Assembly: GCA_030390025.1 (NCBI GenBank)
Contig: CM059432.1
Coordinates: 92,444,001-92,508,000 of the forward strand
DNA: 64,000 nt
DNA from: Squalus acanthias
Taxonomy: Eukaryota
Direction of reading: 5' to 3'
The notes beneath the pieces are model-generated. The model made no database searches and had not been told where the DNA came from. It saw nothing but the letters and a program-made list of their open reading frames with translations. The translations under genes and the position numbers were made by a program. This document shows positions 47,344 through 59,960 of this stretch, piece after piece (the stretch's first letter is position 1; every line of letters begins with the position of its first letter).

Positions 47344-49694
47344 TTAGAAAGCACCAATCTCTGTCCCCCAGGGTCTGTAGGGCTTGCCAATGCTGCTCGT
47401 TGGAGTCTGAGCTGATGAACTGAATGTGCTGGGAGAAATCAAGGGGAAAGTGCTGAAAGACAGAGGAAATGCAGACAAGGATGACATTGAGAACAAAGGT
47501 GGGGACAGTTTGGTGGAGGAGGAGACCACTGGGATGACTGGGCCAACACTGCAATTAGGAGCCACTCTAAGTGGAGAGGTATCTGTGTGCGAGGAGGTGC
47601 CGATCCTGTTCTGATGGTGAGGCTCCGTCGAAGCAGTATTGCTGTTGTTATTATGGGCAGCCTGTGGCAGCAGAAGTGGATGCAGATGGTGATGTGGGTG
47701 GTGGCTGAAGCCAGTACCCCAGGAAAGGTGTCCAATGCTAGAGGGTGCAGTACTTGCAGCTTCCCTCTGAGATGCATAGTTATTGAGGTGAGAGACCAAA
47801 CGCACACGAAGAGGATCAGAGTTCTCCAGGCCTTCAATAATACTCAAGTACCGAGCCACTTCAGCCAAACATTCTCGAAATCCCAGGCTGCGGTAGTCCA
47901 TAGCTAGTGCCTGAGCATCAAAATAACCTATAAAATCAGATAAAATTAAAATAAATGTTATTTTAGAAGTTACAAATACTGTAGTAATTTCACAGTCACT
48001 TCAGGAGACCTCTGAAGTTTTGCATTATAAAAGGGGCATTCTTACAAAAGGAATCTCCTTTACCCTATTCTACAACAACAACTTGCAATTATGTCAAGCC
48101 TTTAATGTAGTAAAACGTTCACAGGAGCGTAATCAGACAAAAAGAGGCACCGAGCCAAAAAAGGAGATATGAGGACGGCTTGGTCAAAGAGGAAGGTTTT
48201 AAGAGTGTCTTAAAGGAGAGAGAGGTAGAGATATTCCAATAAAGATAAATCTCAGATATTCTATATGAGATTTATCTTTGGCTAGTCAACATTAATAAAA
48301 TTAAAACATTCATCTCAAAAACACCCTGGTCATAGTACATAATGGAAGTTTCTGGCCATATTTTATAAAATCTGTAACCATTAATTGGATTTACAACAGC
48401 AAAACTGTACAGTAGTGGAAAAAAAGTAAATTGAGGAGTCTTTGATAGATGATTGTACTGAGATATGGTTTAGGAAGTTGTTCTCTAGAGTTTTGCACAG
48501 CAGAAATGCCATACTGGAACAAACTAGGAATTAACTATTTACTTCAATTTCAAATGAAAGCCCATCTAATATAGTTAGGGATCCTACACTCTTCAAGTAT
48601 CTCCCAGTTTTTACGAAGTATATATTAACCACTGACATTTGCAATTTTCTATCCGACCTTTACAAGAAATACCAACAAACAAAATGTTACCTTTGCCACC
48701 GGCCGCATGCAACATCTTCAAATGATCAACGGTCATTTGCAAAATTTCTGCCTTTTCTAGTTTGGCGGATCCCTGCCGACAGAAATAACGAGCTACAATT
48801 AAAGACCTGTGTGAAACCGACTTTTCCAAGTCAGAGACCTGCACTAATTCACTATGTGATTTACATATTATTTATTGTAACAGTAATTTTATTGTGAATT
48901 AGTTTTACTCAACTCTAGAAAACACGTAAATTATTTTTTAATGAAGCAAATTGGTCGATTTTTTTGTCTTTAAGTTACTTTTTATTGAGAATTAAAACTT
49001 TTTCACGTACTTGTTTCTCATATGCACTGGGGACCAGTCTTCGCAGTTCTGATAAGCTGTTGTTAATACGATCCCTGCGGCGTTTCTCTATGATCTGTTT
49101 AAAACAATAGATTTTTTTTTAAGAATTAGCCAGACAAAACATGTGTAAACAATTGTCGTTTAGACTACACACAGCAAAAGCGATCTTGTTTGTCAGCATG
49201 ATTGTGTGAAACTTACCCCTCGCCTCCTTTTCCTAGCCAGGACCTGAGAGGATGTACTGGGGGACATGGAGCCTGTGGCTGTGCTGGAGTTCCTGAAATT
49301 CAATCCATCAAACCGGCATCAGCAGTCAAGCACAAAAAGAACGTTCTGCAAAAAGTTTACTTCAATCGAAAATGTACAAACAGAAGCTCGTTTAAAGAAA
49401 TAGATCAATATCATATACTGCAATTCCCAGAAATGAATTAGATGTTAAATGTGTTGCAGCAAAACTTATGATTATTTTAATGCATGGTATGAATTTATTT
49501 CAATAGTTAAAATGCTCCTAATCAAATCTATGCACGCTCCAGATTTCAGAATAAACTCACAGTGCTCTCATTTGCAAGCGTTGAAATTCTACTAATATTA
49601 AACATTACCCATTTTCATCGGCGCTTTCTTTCTCCACTTCGATCGTTTCGTCCAGTTCGCTGTCCGACGAGCTGTAATCGTGAGTTCTCTTCAT
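47344..49694 (-). CDS. hey1: Hairy/enhancer-of-split related with YRPW motif 1, 5 exons, 303 aa: 49694-49609, 49292-49217, 49094-49011, 48772-48691, 47927-47344
   Basis: [29 protein letters not shown]; b[57 protein letters not shown]; Orange [20 protein letters not shown]-terminal [13 protein letters not shown]. All introns GT-AG. Exons 86+76+84+82+584 = 912 nt, in frame. Confidence 0.97.
48073..48230 (-). mobile_element. L2-type 3' tail in hey1 intron 4
   Basis: (CAA)n-CTTGCA tail similar to 11190-11360. Confidence 0.6.
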
Positions 49695-50290
49695 GTTTGG
49701 TTCAATTGTTCCCGTGTGTCCTATAACATTAACGAAGCTCCCACCAGATATTGTCCGCTCGGCTGCCTACAGGAGACTGCTTGCCTTTCCCACGGTATTG
49801 CACTTACCAACTCCACCAGTGACCTGTCAAACCCCCGCCAGTCGCGCCGATTGACAGCTCGCGCGGCCCATTTGCGGGGCGGCGGGGCTGAGATTGACGG
49901 CGCCCGCGCTCCAGTGCCGGAGTGCGGCGCGCTGATTGACAGCTCTGTCCTTCACTCAGGAAGCGGCAGGTCGGGGCCGGTGCCCTGCCATTGGCTGAGA
50001 GCGCTGCCAGCTCCCGCCGGCCAATCGGCTCGCGCTGTTGGCCGCCCAAACGTCAAACACGCGCAGGTCGTGGGAAGCGTGGGAAAGTTCTGGCGGCGAG
50101 CGGCGCGGGCCAATCACAGCAGCCGGCGGTCGGGCGTTCGAATGAAAGTAGCAATCGGCTTGGGCGACTGTGGGTCTGCGGCGGACCGTGTGAACAGTAA
50201 CATTACCCGGCTCAGAGCCACGCCAGCCAATTCCAGCTCCATTTATACTGCTCATCGAGAGGGAGGGCGCCGCCCCTCCTCATTCTACCT
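49695..50290 (-). promoter_or_regulatory. hey1 5'UTR and CpG-island promoter with RBPJ/CSL sites
   Basis: GC/CpG-rich. CGTGGGAA at 50069-76 and 50078-85, TTCCCACG at 49787-94, several CCAAT boxes, TGATTGACAG at 49933-42. Confidence 0.85.
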
Positions 50291-51059
50291 ACATTTATGA
50301 TACGCTTTACACAGACTGAGGTCACTCACACCACAACAGATTCATTTTGTACACAGGCATCCGCACTGCCGAGAGAGAGAGAAAGCCAAACCGCCCTCTC
50401 CCCTGCAGGTCTATTTATGCAAAGGATACGCAATAGGAACTGTGCAACACAACACTTTATTGCATGTGTTTAGCCCTGATTAAAGTCGACAGATGAGATA
50501 TAGTAAACCGCGCAACTCGAAACCATGGTTCATTAAATAAAACAAGGTGCTAGAGCCCGAAGGGTTATGATGTTCAACATCACAGAGGAATCATTTTCCA
50601 GACCACCTTTATTTATTTGATTTATATCCACGCATGCTATGTGTGGTTAGGAAACGTAGTAATTTCAAATTAAACAAATAAGTACTTGCGCCAAGGGTCA
50701 AAATCTGTTTTTGACAATAAGCCCTTGTTTATATTATGCTCCTGATCTGCCAAGTCGTGGCATAAAAATATATACCGTGGGATTTAACCCACTAAAACAG
50801 ACACAACACGACAGAGCACCATCGTTGAGTTCACATTCCATTGAGTTCCCGACTTCAGCCATGTCATCCTAGGAAGACCTGGAGGGCGGGTTTTGGCACT
50901 TCGCCGGCAGGAGGGAAGGAAATTGAAGAGGGAACTATACCCAGGTTGCTCACACACACACACCACACACACACATGCTAATAACTGGCAACAGATTATC
51001 CCATCCACTCTCTTGTCATAGATGGTAGAGAAAATAAAATATGCATAAAAAAACAATTG

Positions 51060-51765
51060 CCCATGATTTTCAACTAATTCACTTTAATGACAGAAAATTA
51101 CAGGCTGGCAAATGCACAAGTAGAAAATCCTAGCCTCACTGTCTAGGTTTACACATGAAGAACGCCCATGAAAGTATACCAGCTTCATTGGGAAAAGAGA
51201 AGAAAAAGAAATTAAAACATGTGAAAATGATAGTGCTTGGATCGCCATCACTGGTAGACAATTTATTTTAGTAAGATAAAGTTCCACAGGCACTGACAGT
51301 CCTCAAGCCGTCATTCTTCATGTGTAAGCCTAGATAGTAAATCTTGGCAGGCTATTATACCAAGGAGATCATCAAAGCCAAGACAAGTCCTGTTCATTAC
51401 AAACACCCACACATGAACATTTCCAAAGAAGGGTCCCTGGATGGTCATCATGAGCAGCTCTAGGCTAGGCTCAGCTGTGATGCTGTCCACAGTCAAATAT
51501 ACTGCCAACATGGGGACTGGGGTCTTCCACTTTTGTGCTTGCCAGCCCATGATTTTCCACTAATTCACTTTAATGGCAGAAAATTACAGGCTGGCAAATA
51601 CACAAGTAGAACATCCTAGCCTCACTGTCTAGGTTTACATATGAAGAATGGCTACTTGGGTAAGCTATCAGAGGGCTGATCACACCCATGAAAGTATACC
51701 AGCTTCATTGGGAAAAAAGAAGAAAAAGAAATGTGAAAATGATAGTGCTTGGATCGCCATCACTG
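51060..51765. repeat. ~200-bp local direct duplication (51060-51255 and 51546-51765)
   Basis: CCCATGATTTTC..GGATCGCCATCACTG occurs twice. The second copy has a ~38-bp extra segment. Confidence 0.9.
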
Positions 51766-53299
51766 CACAGGTAGTCTATTAGGAGATTGCACCATTAATA
51801 TGTGAGCACTGCAGTTTAGGTAAAATATATGAACTGCATATCATCAATTACAATTGTCACTGGTACTAATATGCTGGGGATAGGTGTAGCAGCTACTAGA
51901 CAAATGTATGATTGTATGGCTTACCTTACATTGAAGGATCTTGTGTCATTTTGTTGGAATGAGGGGATTTACCAGAAATAACTAAACATTACTTTCCTTG
52001 TATCCAAACAAGAGTTTATCTGTCAGATAATCAGTAACCTTTTTATATAAATATATATATATATATGCAAAAACAGGATTTTCATTTATATAAACTTGGC
52101 ACGCCAATACACTAATATTTGATCATCACTGCCTCTGTCCATGTGGTTGCTATTTCTTCATTCTTGTCTGCTGATTTAGAGAATGACTAATGTACCTGTC
52201 AAAAATTATTCTCCCAAGTAGTCAGCAAAGTGTTTTTTAGCCACACAAACAAAGGTTTTCTAAATGAGCACATTGTCACTTTGAGTCCTTTTGCAATATT
52301 CTGTACGATAATCATTCGAGCAACGATGGGGAGACATTTCTTAAAAGTCTGTTGTACACCATCTCCAGAAAAATCCACTGAAAACATCTCAATAGTATTC
52401 ACAAAATAGCTCTTAGCAGTAGGGAACAATAAGTTGCTACAAGAAGAAATTGCAGAATTAGGGATAACTAAAAGTTCAGAAGTTTGTACAGCTCCCGGAA
52501 GACTGTCAGCAAGTCCAGAATGACTATTGGGCTGCCAAGTGAGCAATTGCCTTTCTTCACAAAGCTCAACAACTTTGTTCCCTAATTTGTAATTACCCTC
52601 TTTGTACCGTTACGACAGGTCTTAAGCTTAAGTTTTCCAAATGGGTCCTATGACAACTGTTTGCCAGATTTAGATGGCAGCTCAGTTTCTACAAATTGCT
52701 TGTATTTTATCGCTCCTTTTGCTTGTGCAGTAGCTTGAACCATGCTTGCCTAACTTCTTATTTGTTTGCCTAATTGCATGTGTAACCAGTAATGTTTTAA
52801 GTTATGAATCCATAAAACCGTTTTATTCAATCATAATTCATATCTTGCCTACTTTGCATTTTAATGAAGGCATACACTACCATAGTGGATGGTGAATTAA
52901 GTCTTACACAAACAAGTCATTTTGCAAGGCTCACTCTCTTGGCACAGAACCTCAGAAGACATATCCAAGGGTCAGGGATCACCCTTCATCAGAGGGGGTG
53001 GTAATTACATTGTGAAAATAGACTGCAAGGGAGGAAAAGGAACAGAAATCAGTACCAGAAATAGATGTCTCAGTGGCTTCTGCAATCTCATAATTCTAAA
53101 GTTTTGGATATGGAATATAGAATTGGCATGTACCTGGAATATTAGGGTCATCAGAAAATGTTCTACTTTTTAACCTTTCTCTGAAAATTTTGTCATTGGG
53201 ACACTTTTATCTCTGGTTAAAGCTTTCCTATATGGTAACTATCAGCATTCATGCTGACGGTCAGTGTGTCTGTATTTGCTGACAAAAATCAGCCCCCTC

Positions 53300-53490
53300 T
53301 CCCCTCAGCTCCACTCCAGTCCTGCCATTAATATAGACTGGATCTTGCTCCTCTCCCATAGGCGCCACTCCACAAGTGTCCTGCTGCTAATTTACCAGAC
53401 CAGCCTCTCGCCCCTCGGCCCTCAGTCCTGCCATTAATATAGACTGGATTGGGGCCCTCTCCCATCAGCGCCATTTCACAAGGGTCCTCC
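53300..53490. repeat. Tandem duplication, ~105-bp period
   Basis: CAGTCCTGCCATTAATATAGACTGGAT..CCTCTCCCAT..GCGCCA occurs twice. Confidence 0.85.
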
Positions 53491-53782
53491 AGTGGAAGGT
53501 ATCCTCACATCTGTGTACTGTAAGCAGGAACTCCTGCTCTCATGAGAATTCCTGTTCATGGTATGCAGCAGCTGGACTCTTGTCAAGCAGCATTGATGGC
53601 AGAGGGAAGGGGGTGCAATGGCTAGCAATGAATAAGCAAGGAAAGGAGAAAGGGATGACAGTGAAGAGAAGGGAAAAGGGGAGAATGGATGACTATGAAG
53701 GGGGAAAGGGAAGTGGGAAATGGATGGCAATAAAAAGGAGAGGGAAGGAAAAAATGAATGGGAGAAGGAAAGAGCAGATGCT

Positions 53783-54108
53783 GGGAGCGACACGGTGGCA
53801 TAGTGGTTAGCACTGGTGCCTCACAGCGCCAGGGACCCGGGTTCGAATCCGGCCTCGGGTGACTGTCTGTGTGGAGTTTGCACATTCTCCCCATGTCTGC
53901 GTGGGTTTCCTCCGGGTGCTCCGGTTTCCTCCCACAGTCCAAAGATGTGCAGGTTAGGTTGATTTGGCTATGATAAATTGACCCTTAGTGTTAGGGGGAT
54001 TAAATACGTGGGGTTACGGGGATAGGGTGGGATATGTGTCGGTGCAGGCTCGATGGGCCGAAATGGCCTCTATCTGCACTGTAGGGATTCTGTGATTCTG
54101 TGATTCTG
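53783..54108 (+). mobile_element. HE1-type V-SINE, short-tail form
   Basis: A and B boxes, V-domain, tail (GATTCTGT)n. Confidence 0.92.
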
Positions 54109-56359
54109 AGCGGTGCTTCTTGGTGGGGAGGAAGGAGACAGTCAGTATTAACTAAGGGGGAGAAGAGTGTCAGCATGAAATGAGTGGGAAAGAATGTCAG
54201 CTTGAAAAAGAGAGGGGTGCTGAAGGAGGAGTACCAGCTTGAATTGAGGGGTTGGAAGCCGGGGAGCAGCTTACAATGGGCTGGATGGGGGACAAGTGCT
54301 AGTATGAAGTGGAAAGTTGAAGGAGGAGAAAATGATTTAAGTGAACAGGTGGGTGGGGAGTTGGATGGCGTACAGTGTCACTGGGAAGAAGGGTGATGAA
54401 TATGGGAGGGTAACTTTTAGGGAAGTGACAGTCTTATTGGTCTGTTGCTTTTCCTTTTTTTAAGATTAAAAATCTAGCAATTGCAAAGTGTAAAAGTGCT
54501 TAAAATTCACCAGAATATATCAATTTCAATGTAAGTTTTGTCTGAGGGAGAATATCGCTGAACCTTCTAGAAATGCATCACCAATTTGGATTTCTCCCTT
54601 CCTGTACTTTTCTTTCCTCCAAGGGATGCTGTGTATACCCACAGTTTAAGTTACAAAATCCATGTAGCCACTTGTTTTCACAACATAGACTTATAATCAG
54701 AGCTGTTCTTGAGTTGTCAGCTTGTTTGAAGCTCTTCACAGGCTAGCCTAGTTTCCGAGGCTGGCATGTATGAGGTTTCTAGCATTTTCCCCCCAGTACT
54801 CAGATAGAGGAGTAGATTATACTCTCTTTACTCACCTGGGGAATCAACATTCCAAAAACACAGTAAAGAGAAAAAAAGGACAGGACCCGTCACATCAGGT
54901 CTTTACCTCGCTGCCCCCACACTATCCTAGGATTTCCTTGAGCTTTCTCCTGAGAGACATGTGGCCTGCAGTAAGCACAGGCCTAGCATTGCAATTATAA
55001 TGAGGCAGGAGGGAGCTTTCCCAGTCTTCTGTCTCATGTTCCTATGACTACGATTGTTGGATGCCCCCAGCATAGGGCTGCTTGACGATACTTGGTACAG
55101 GGCCGGCCAAGGATCCCCACAGGCCAGAGGGTCTACAGATGTGCAATCAGATTCACAATAATGGAAAATGTTCAAAGTAAACTAGTCGCAACACCAGTGA
55201 ACTGCAATAAAAAAAAACACCCAAAGCAAATGTTTTGCCACTGGCACACATCACTAAACTGAAACGGCGCAGATTAACCCTTTTGAGTACTGAATTTCTT
55301 TTGGACCTTGCATATTTATTAACTCCCAAAAATGATTTTTCTTCCCAGGAACAGGGACAGACAAGGAAGATGCAGGCAAGTTTGAAATCTATTTGCAACC
55401 CCCCCATCCAACAGCCAATCTAATAGCGTCAGGCCCTTCTCGCATCTGCTGACCAGCAGCATCCAGATCGCCCCAGTGGCGGCAGGCAGGAGTGCACTCT
55501 GATTTCCTACCTAATGCCCCAGCCGTGGGTGGGCCTGTGCCTGGGCCATGCAAATAGTGCGGGGCAAGTAAGACACGAGTAGCTGCTTCCTCTCAGGTAC
55601 AGAACATTGCAATTGCCTGTCAGGAGTCCAGCCACAAACTGAATAGGGAAAAATCTAGCCCTATCTATCTTCCGCAGAAAACACTGGCCCAATAGCTGCT
55701 TACTGTCTAGTTGAACCCATCGTAGATTACTTGTAAATTGGATGCTGCAGAAAGTTGTAGCCTCTTTAAACCTGTCCCTGTTGATGTAGAATGTTTTTAT
55801 TTAAGAGGTCCCAGCTTCCCAGCTTACTGATCCTAAACTAAAGGATGTTGCTTCTCAATGTAATGCAATTATAGGGACCTTTTGGTCTGCCCTGCATTTC
55901 ATTTCTGTAAACCTGAAAAAAAGCACTAAACATGCCTCTATAATATTTGAGCCAACTCATCCCTTAAATTTCAGTGCAGGGGTAGATCTTACAAATTAGG
56001 GCTTCTGGCACAGAACTTAATGTGACAGAAATGATTTTTTGTGAATTTGATTGCAGACACAATTTTCTATCAACTGAAATTGATGAATGCAAAATTGTGC
56101 AGGCCATGCCGACCTCTGCATGTGAATTCCCGATATGTACTCTGCTAGAAGCACTAAACATGAAATTTAACACCAGATGTCAAGGTCATCATCAGCTGGA
56201 ATTCTTGAGAGTTTTTTTAAACCTTTCTTTTATCTTCTCTTTTCCTGAAGTGGTGACTCACGTATCAGTCTAACATGGTGGCAGTCCTCCGATTTTACTT
56301 CAGTGAGGCCCTAACACTCCTTCCACTGCAACATCTATATTTTTCTTAAGCAATTCCAG

Positions 56360-56600
56360 GGTTTTCACTACCATTAATTTACCTGCAAGTCCATTCCATA
56401 TGTTGATCAATCTGTGTAACGAAGAATTTCCTGACAGCAGTCCTAAATTTGGATTTAACTAGTTTGAACTGGTGTCTCCTTGTTCTATTCTTGCAATTTA
56501 ATTGAAGTAATATTCTGGATTTATATTTTCCATACCATTTACAATCCTTTATACAGTACCTCAATAATATCACTTCTTAGTCTCTTACTGAACCATCTCC
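56360..56600 (-). mobile_element. Old CR1 3' fragment
   Basis: RTRRHQFKLVKSKFRTAVRKFFVTQ. Confidence 0.65.
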
Positions 56601-56804
56601 ATCTGCAGAGGGAGACAATGATCTGTGGCAGCCATCCACCAAACTTCCTCCTCCCACTTGGGAAACATTTAGAAGAATCGGTAAGGAAAAGACACACACA
56701 ATACACTGCTACAAAGAGGAAACACTGGGGTAAAATACACTGAACACAGCTGCAACACATACTTTTAGGATAAATAAAATTTGGCTTAACAGGTACACTA
56801 ATGT

Positions 56805-59800
56805 TATACTCGTTCATGGGATGTGCGCGTCGCTGGCAAGGCCAACATTTATTGCTCATCCCTAGTCGCCCATGAGAAGGTGGTGGTCAGCTGCCCTCTT
56901 GAACGGCTGCAGTCCGTGTGGTGAAGGTACTCCCACAGTGCTGTTAGGGAGAGAGTTCCAGGATTTTGACCCAGCAATGATGAAGGAACGGCGATATACT
57001 TTCAAGTCAGGATGGTGTGTGACTTGGAGGGGAACTTGGAGGTGGTGGTGTTCCCATGCGCCTGCTGCCCTTGTCCTTCTAGGCGGTAGAGGTTGCGGGT
57101 TTGGGAGGTGCTGCCGAAGAAGCCTTGGCGAGTTGCAGCAGTGCATCTTGCAGATGGTACACACTGCAGCCACGGTACGCAGGTGGTGGAGGGAGTGAAT
57201 GTTTAAGGTGGTGGATGGGGTGCCAATCAAGCGGGCTGCTTTGTCTTGGATGGTGTTGAGCTTCTTGAGTGTTGTTGGAGCTGCACTCATCCAGGCAAGT
57301 GGAGAGTATTCCATCACACTCCTGACTTGTGCCTTGTAGATGGTGGAAAGGCTTTGGGGAGTCAGGAGGTGAGACACTTGCCGCAGAATACCCAGCCTTT
57401 GATCTGCTCTTGTTGCCACAGTATTTATGTGGCTGGTCCAGTTAAGTTTCTGGTCAATGGTAACTCCCAGAATATTGATGGTGGGGGATTCAGCGATGGG
57501 AATGCCATTGAATGTCAAGGGGTGGTGGTTAGACGCTCGTTTGTTGGAGATAGTCATTGCCTGGCACTTATGTGGCGTGAATGTTACCTGCCATTTATCA
57601 ACTCAAGCCTGAATGTCGTCCAGGTCTTGCTGTATGCAGGCATGGACTACTTCATTATCTGAGGAGTTGTGAATGGCACTCAACACTGTGCAGTCATCAG
57701 CGAACATCCCCACTTCTGACCTTATGATGGAGGGAAGGTCATTGATGAAGCAGCTGAAGATGGTTGGGCCTAGGACACTGCCCTGACGAACTCCTGCAGC
57801 GATGTCCTGGGGCTCTGATGATTGACCTCCAACCACCACAACCATCTTCCTTTGTGCTAGGTATGACTCCAGCCAGTGGAGAGTTTTTCCCCCGATTCCC
57901 ATTGACTGCAGTTTTACTAGGGCTCCTTGATGCCACACTCGGTCAAATGCTGCCTTGATATCAAGGGCAGTCACTCTCACCTCACCTCTGGAATTCAACT
58001 CTTTTGTCCATGTTTGGACCAAGGCTGTAATGAGGTCGGGAGCCGAGTGGTCCTGGCAGAACCCAAACTGGGCATCAGTGAGCAGGTTATTGGTGAGTAA
58101 GTGCTGCTTGATAGCACTGTCAACGACACCTTCCATCACTTTGCTGATGATTGAGAGTAGACTGATGGGGCGGTAATTGGCCGGGTTGGATTTGTCCTGC
58201 TTTTTGTGGACAGGACATACCTGGGCAGGTTTCCACATTGTCGGATAGATGCCAGTGTTGTAGCTGTACTGGAACAGCTTGGCTAGAGACGCGGCTAGTT
58301 CTGGAGCACAAATCTTCAGCACGACAGCCGGGATGTTGTCGGGGCCCACAGCTGTATCCAGTGGGCTCAGCCATTTCTTGATATCACGTGGAGTGAATCG
58401 AATTGGTTGAAGACTGGCTTCTACACTCACGTACTGGGCTCCATCATCATTGAGGATGGGGATATTCATGGAGCCTCCTCCTCCCATTAGTTGTTTAATG
58501 GTCCACCATCATTCACGACTGCATGTGGCAGGACTGCAGTGCTTTGATCTGATCCATTGATTGTGGGATCACTTAGCTCTGTCGATAGCATGCTGCTTCT
58601 GCTTTTTAGCATGCATGTAGTCCTGTGTTGCAGCTTCCCCAGGTTGGCACTGCAGTTTTAGGTACACCTGGTGCTGCTCCTGGCATGCTCTTCTACATTC
58701 CTTATTGAACGAGGGTTGGTCCCCTGGCTTGATGGTAATGGTAGAGTGAGGGATATGCCAGGCCATGAGGTTACAGATTGTGGTGGAATACAATTCTGCT
58801 GCTGCTGATGGCCCATAGCGCCTCATGAATGCCCAATTATGAGCTGCTAGATCTGTTCTGAATCTATCCCATTTAGCACAGTAGTAGTGCCACACAACAC
58901 GATGGAGGGTGTCCTCAGCGTAAAGGTGGGGCCTCGTCTCCACAATGACTGTGCGGTGGTCAATGCTACCAATGCTGTCATGGACAGATGCATCTGCGAC
59001 AGGTAGATTGGTGAGGACGAGGTCAAGTAAGTTTTTCCCTCGTGTTTGTTCTCTCACTACCAGTCGCAGACCCAGACTGGCAGTTATGTCCTTAAGGACT
59101 CGGCCAGCTCGGCCAGTAGTGGTGCTACCGAGCCACTCTTGGTGATGGACATTGAAGACCCCCACCCAGAGTACATTCTGTGCCCTTGCTACTCTCAGTG
59201 CTTCTTCCAAGTGGTGTTCAACATGGAGGAGTACTGATTCATCAGCTGAGGGAGGGCGGTAGGTGGTAATCAGCAGGAGGTTTCCTTGCCCATGTTTAAC
59301 CTGAAGCCAGGAGACTTCATGGGGTCCGGAGTCAATGTTGAGGGCACCCAAGGCCACTCCTTCCCGACTGTATACTACTGTGCCACCCCTGGTGGGTCTG
59401 TCCTGCCGGTGGGACAGGACATACCCAGGGATGATGATGGAGGAGTTTGGGACATTGGCTGAGAGGTATGATTCTGTGAGTATGACTCTGTCAGGCTGTT
59501 GCTTGACTAGTCTGTGGGACAGCTCTCCCAATTTTGGCACAAGTTCCCAGATGTTGGTGAGGAGGATTTTGCAGGGTCGACTGGGCTAGGTGTGCCATTG
59601 TCGTGTCCGTAGCCAGTGCTGAGGTCAATGCCGGGTGGTCTGTCCAGTTTTATTCTTATTGTTTTTCATAAACTGAGTCGCTTGCTAGGCCATTTCGGAG
59701 GGCAGTTAAGAGTCAACCACATTGCTGTGGGTCTGGAGTCACATATAGGCCAGACCAGGTAAGGACGGCAGATTTCCTTCCCTAAAGGACATTAGTGAAC

Positions 59801-59960
59801 CAGATGGGTTTTTATGACAATCCGATAGTTTCATGGTCACCATTACTGATACTAGCTTTTTATTCCAGATTTATTTAATTAACTGAATTTAAATTCCCCA
59901 GCTGTCATGAATCATTAGTCCAGGCCTCTGGATTACTAGTCCAGTAACATAACCACTGGT
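56805..59960 (-). mobile_element. CR1-Zenon-like LINE, apparently full length (APE endonuclease + RT, single ORF, disrupted)
   Basis: ORFs 58569..59540 (ILTES, YRPPS, FNVHHQEWLGS, LDLVLTN, DH), 57603..58487 (NYRPISLL, LDIKAAFDRVWH, FADD) and 56862..57557 (YKAQVRSVMEY). Confidence 0.88.

Noticed and set aside
47344..49694. hey2 or heyl assignment
   Set aside because: The N-terminus ([22 protein letters not shown]) and the [11 protein letters not shown] ending fit HEY1.
49680..50300. 206-aa plus-strand ORF and overlapping minus ORFs
   Set aside because: Arise from stop-poor GC-rich promoter sequence. No recognisable domain and a non-ATG start.
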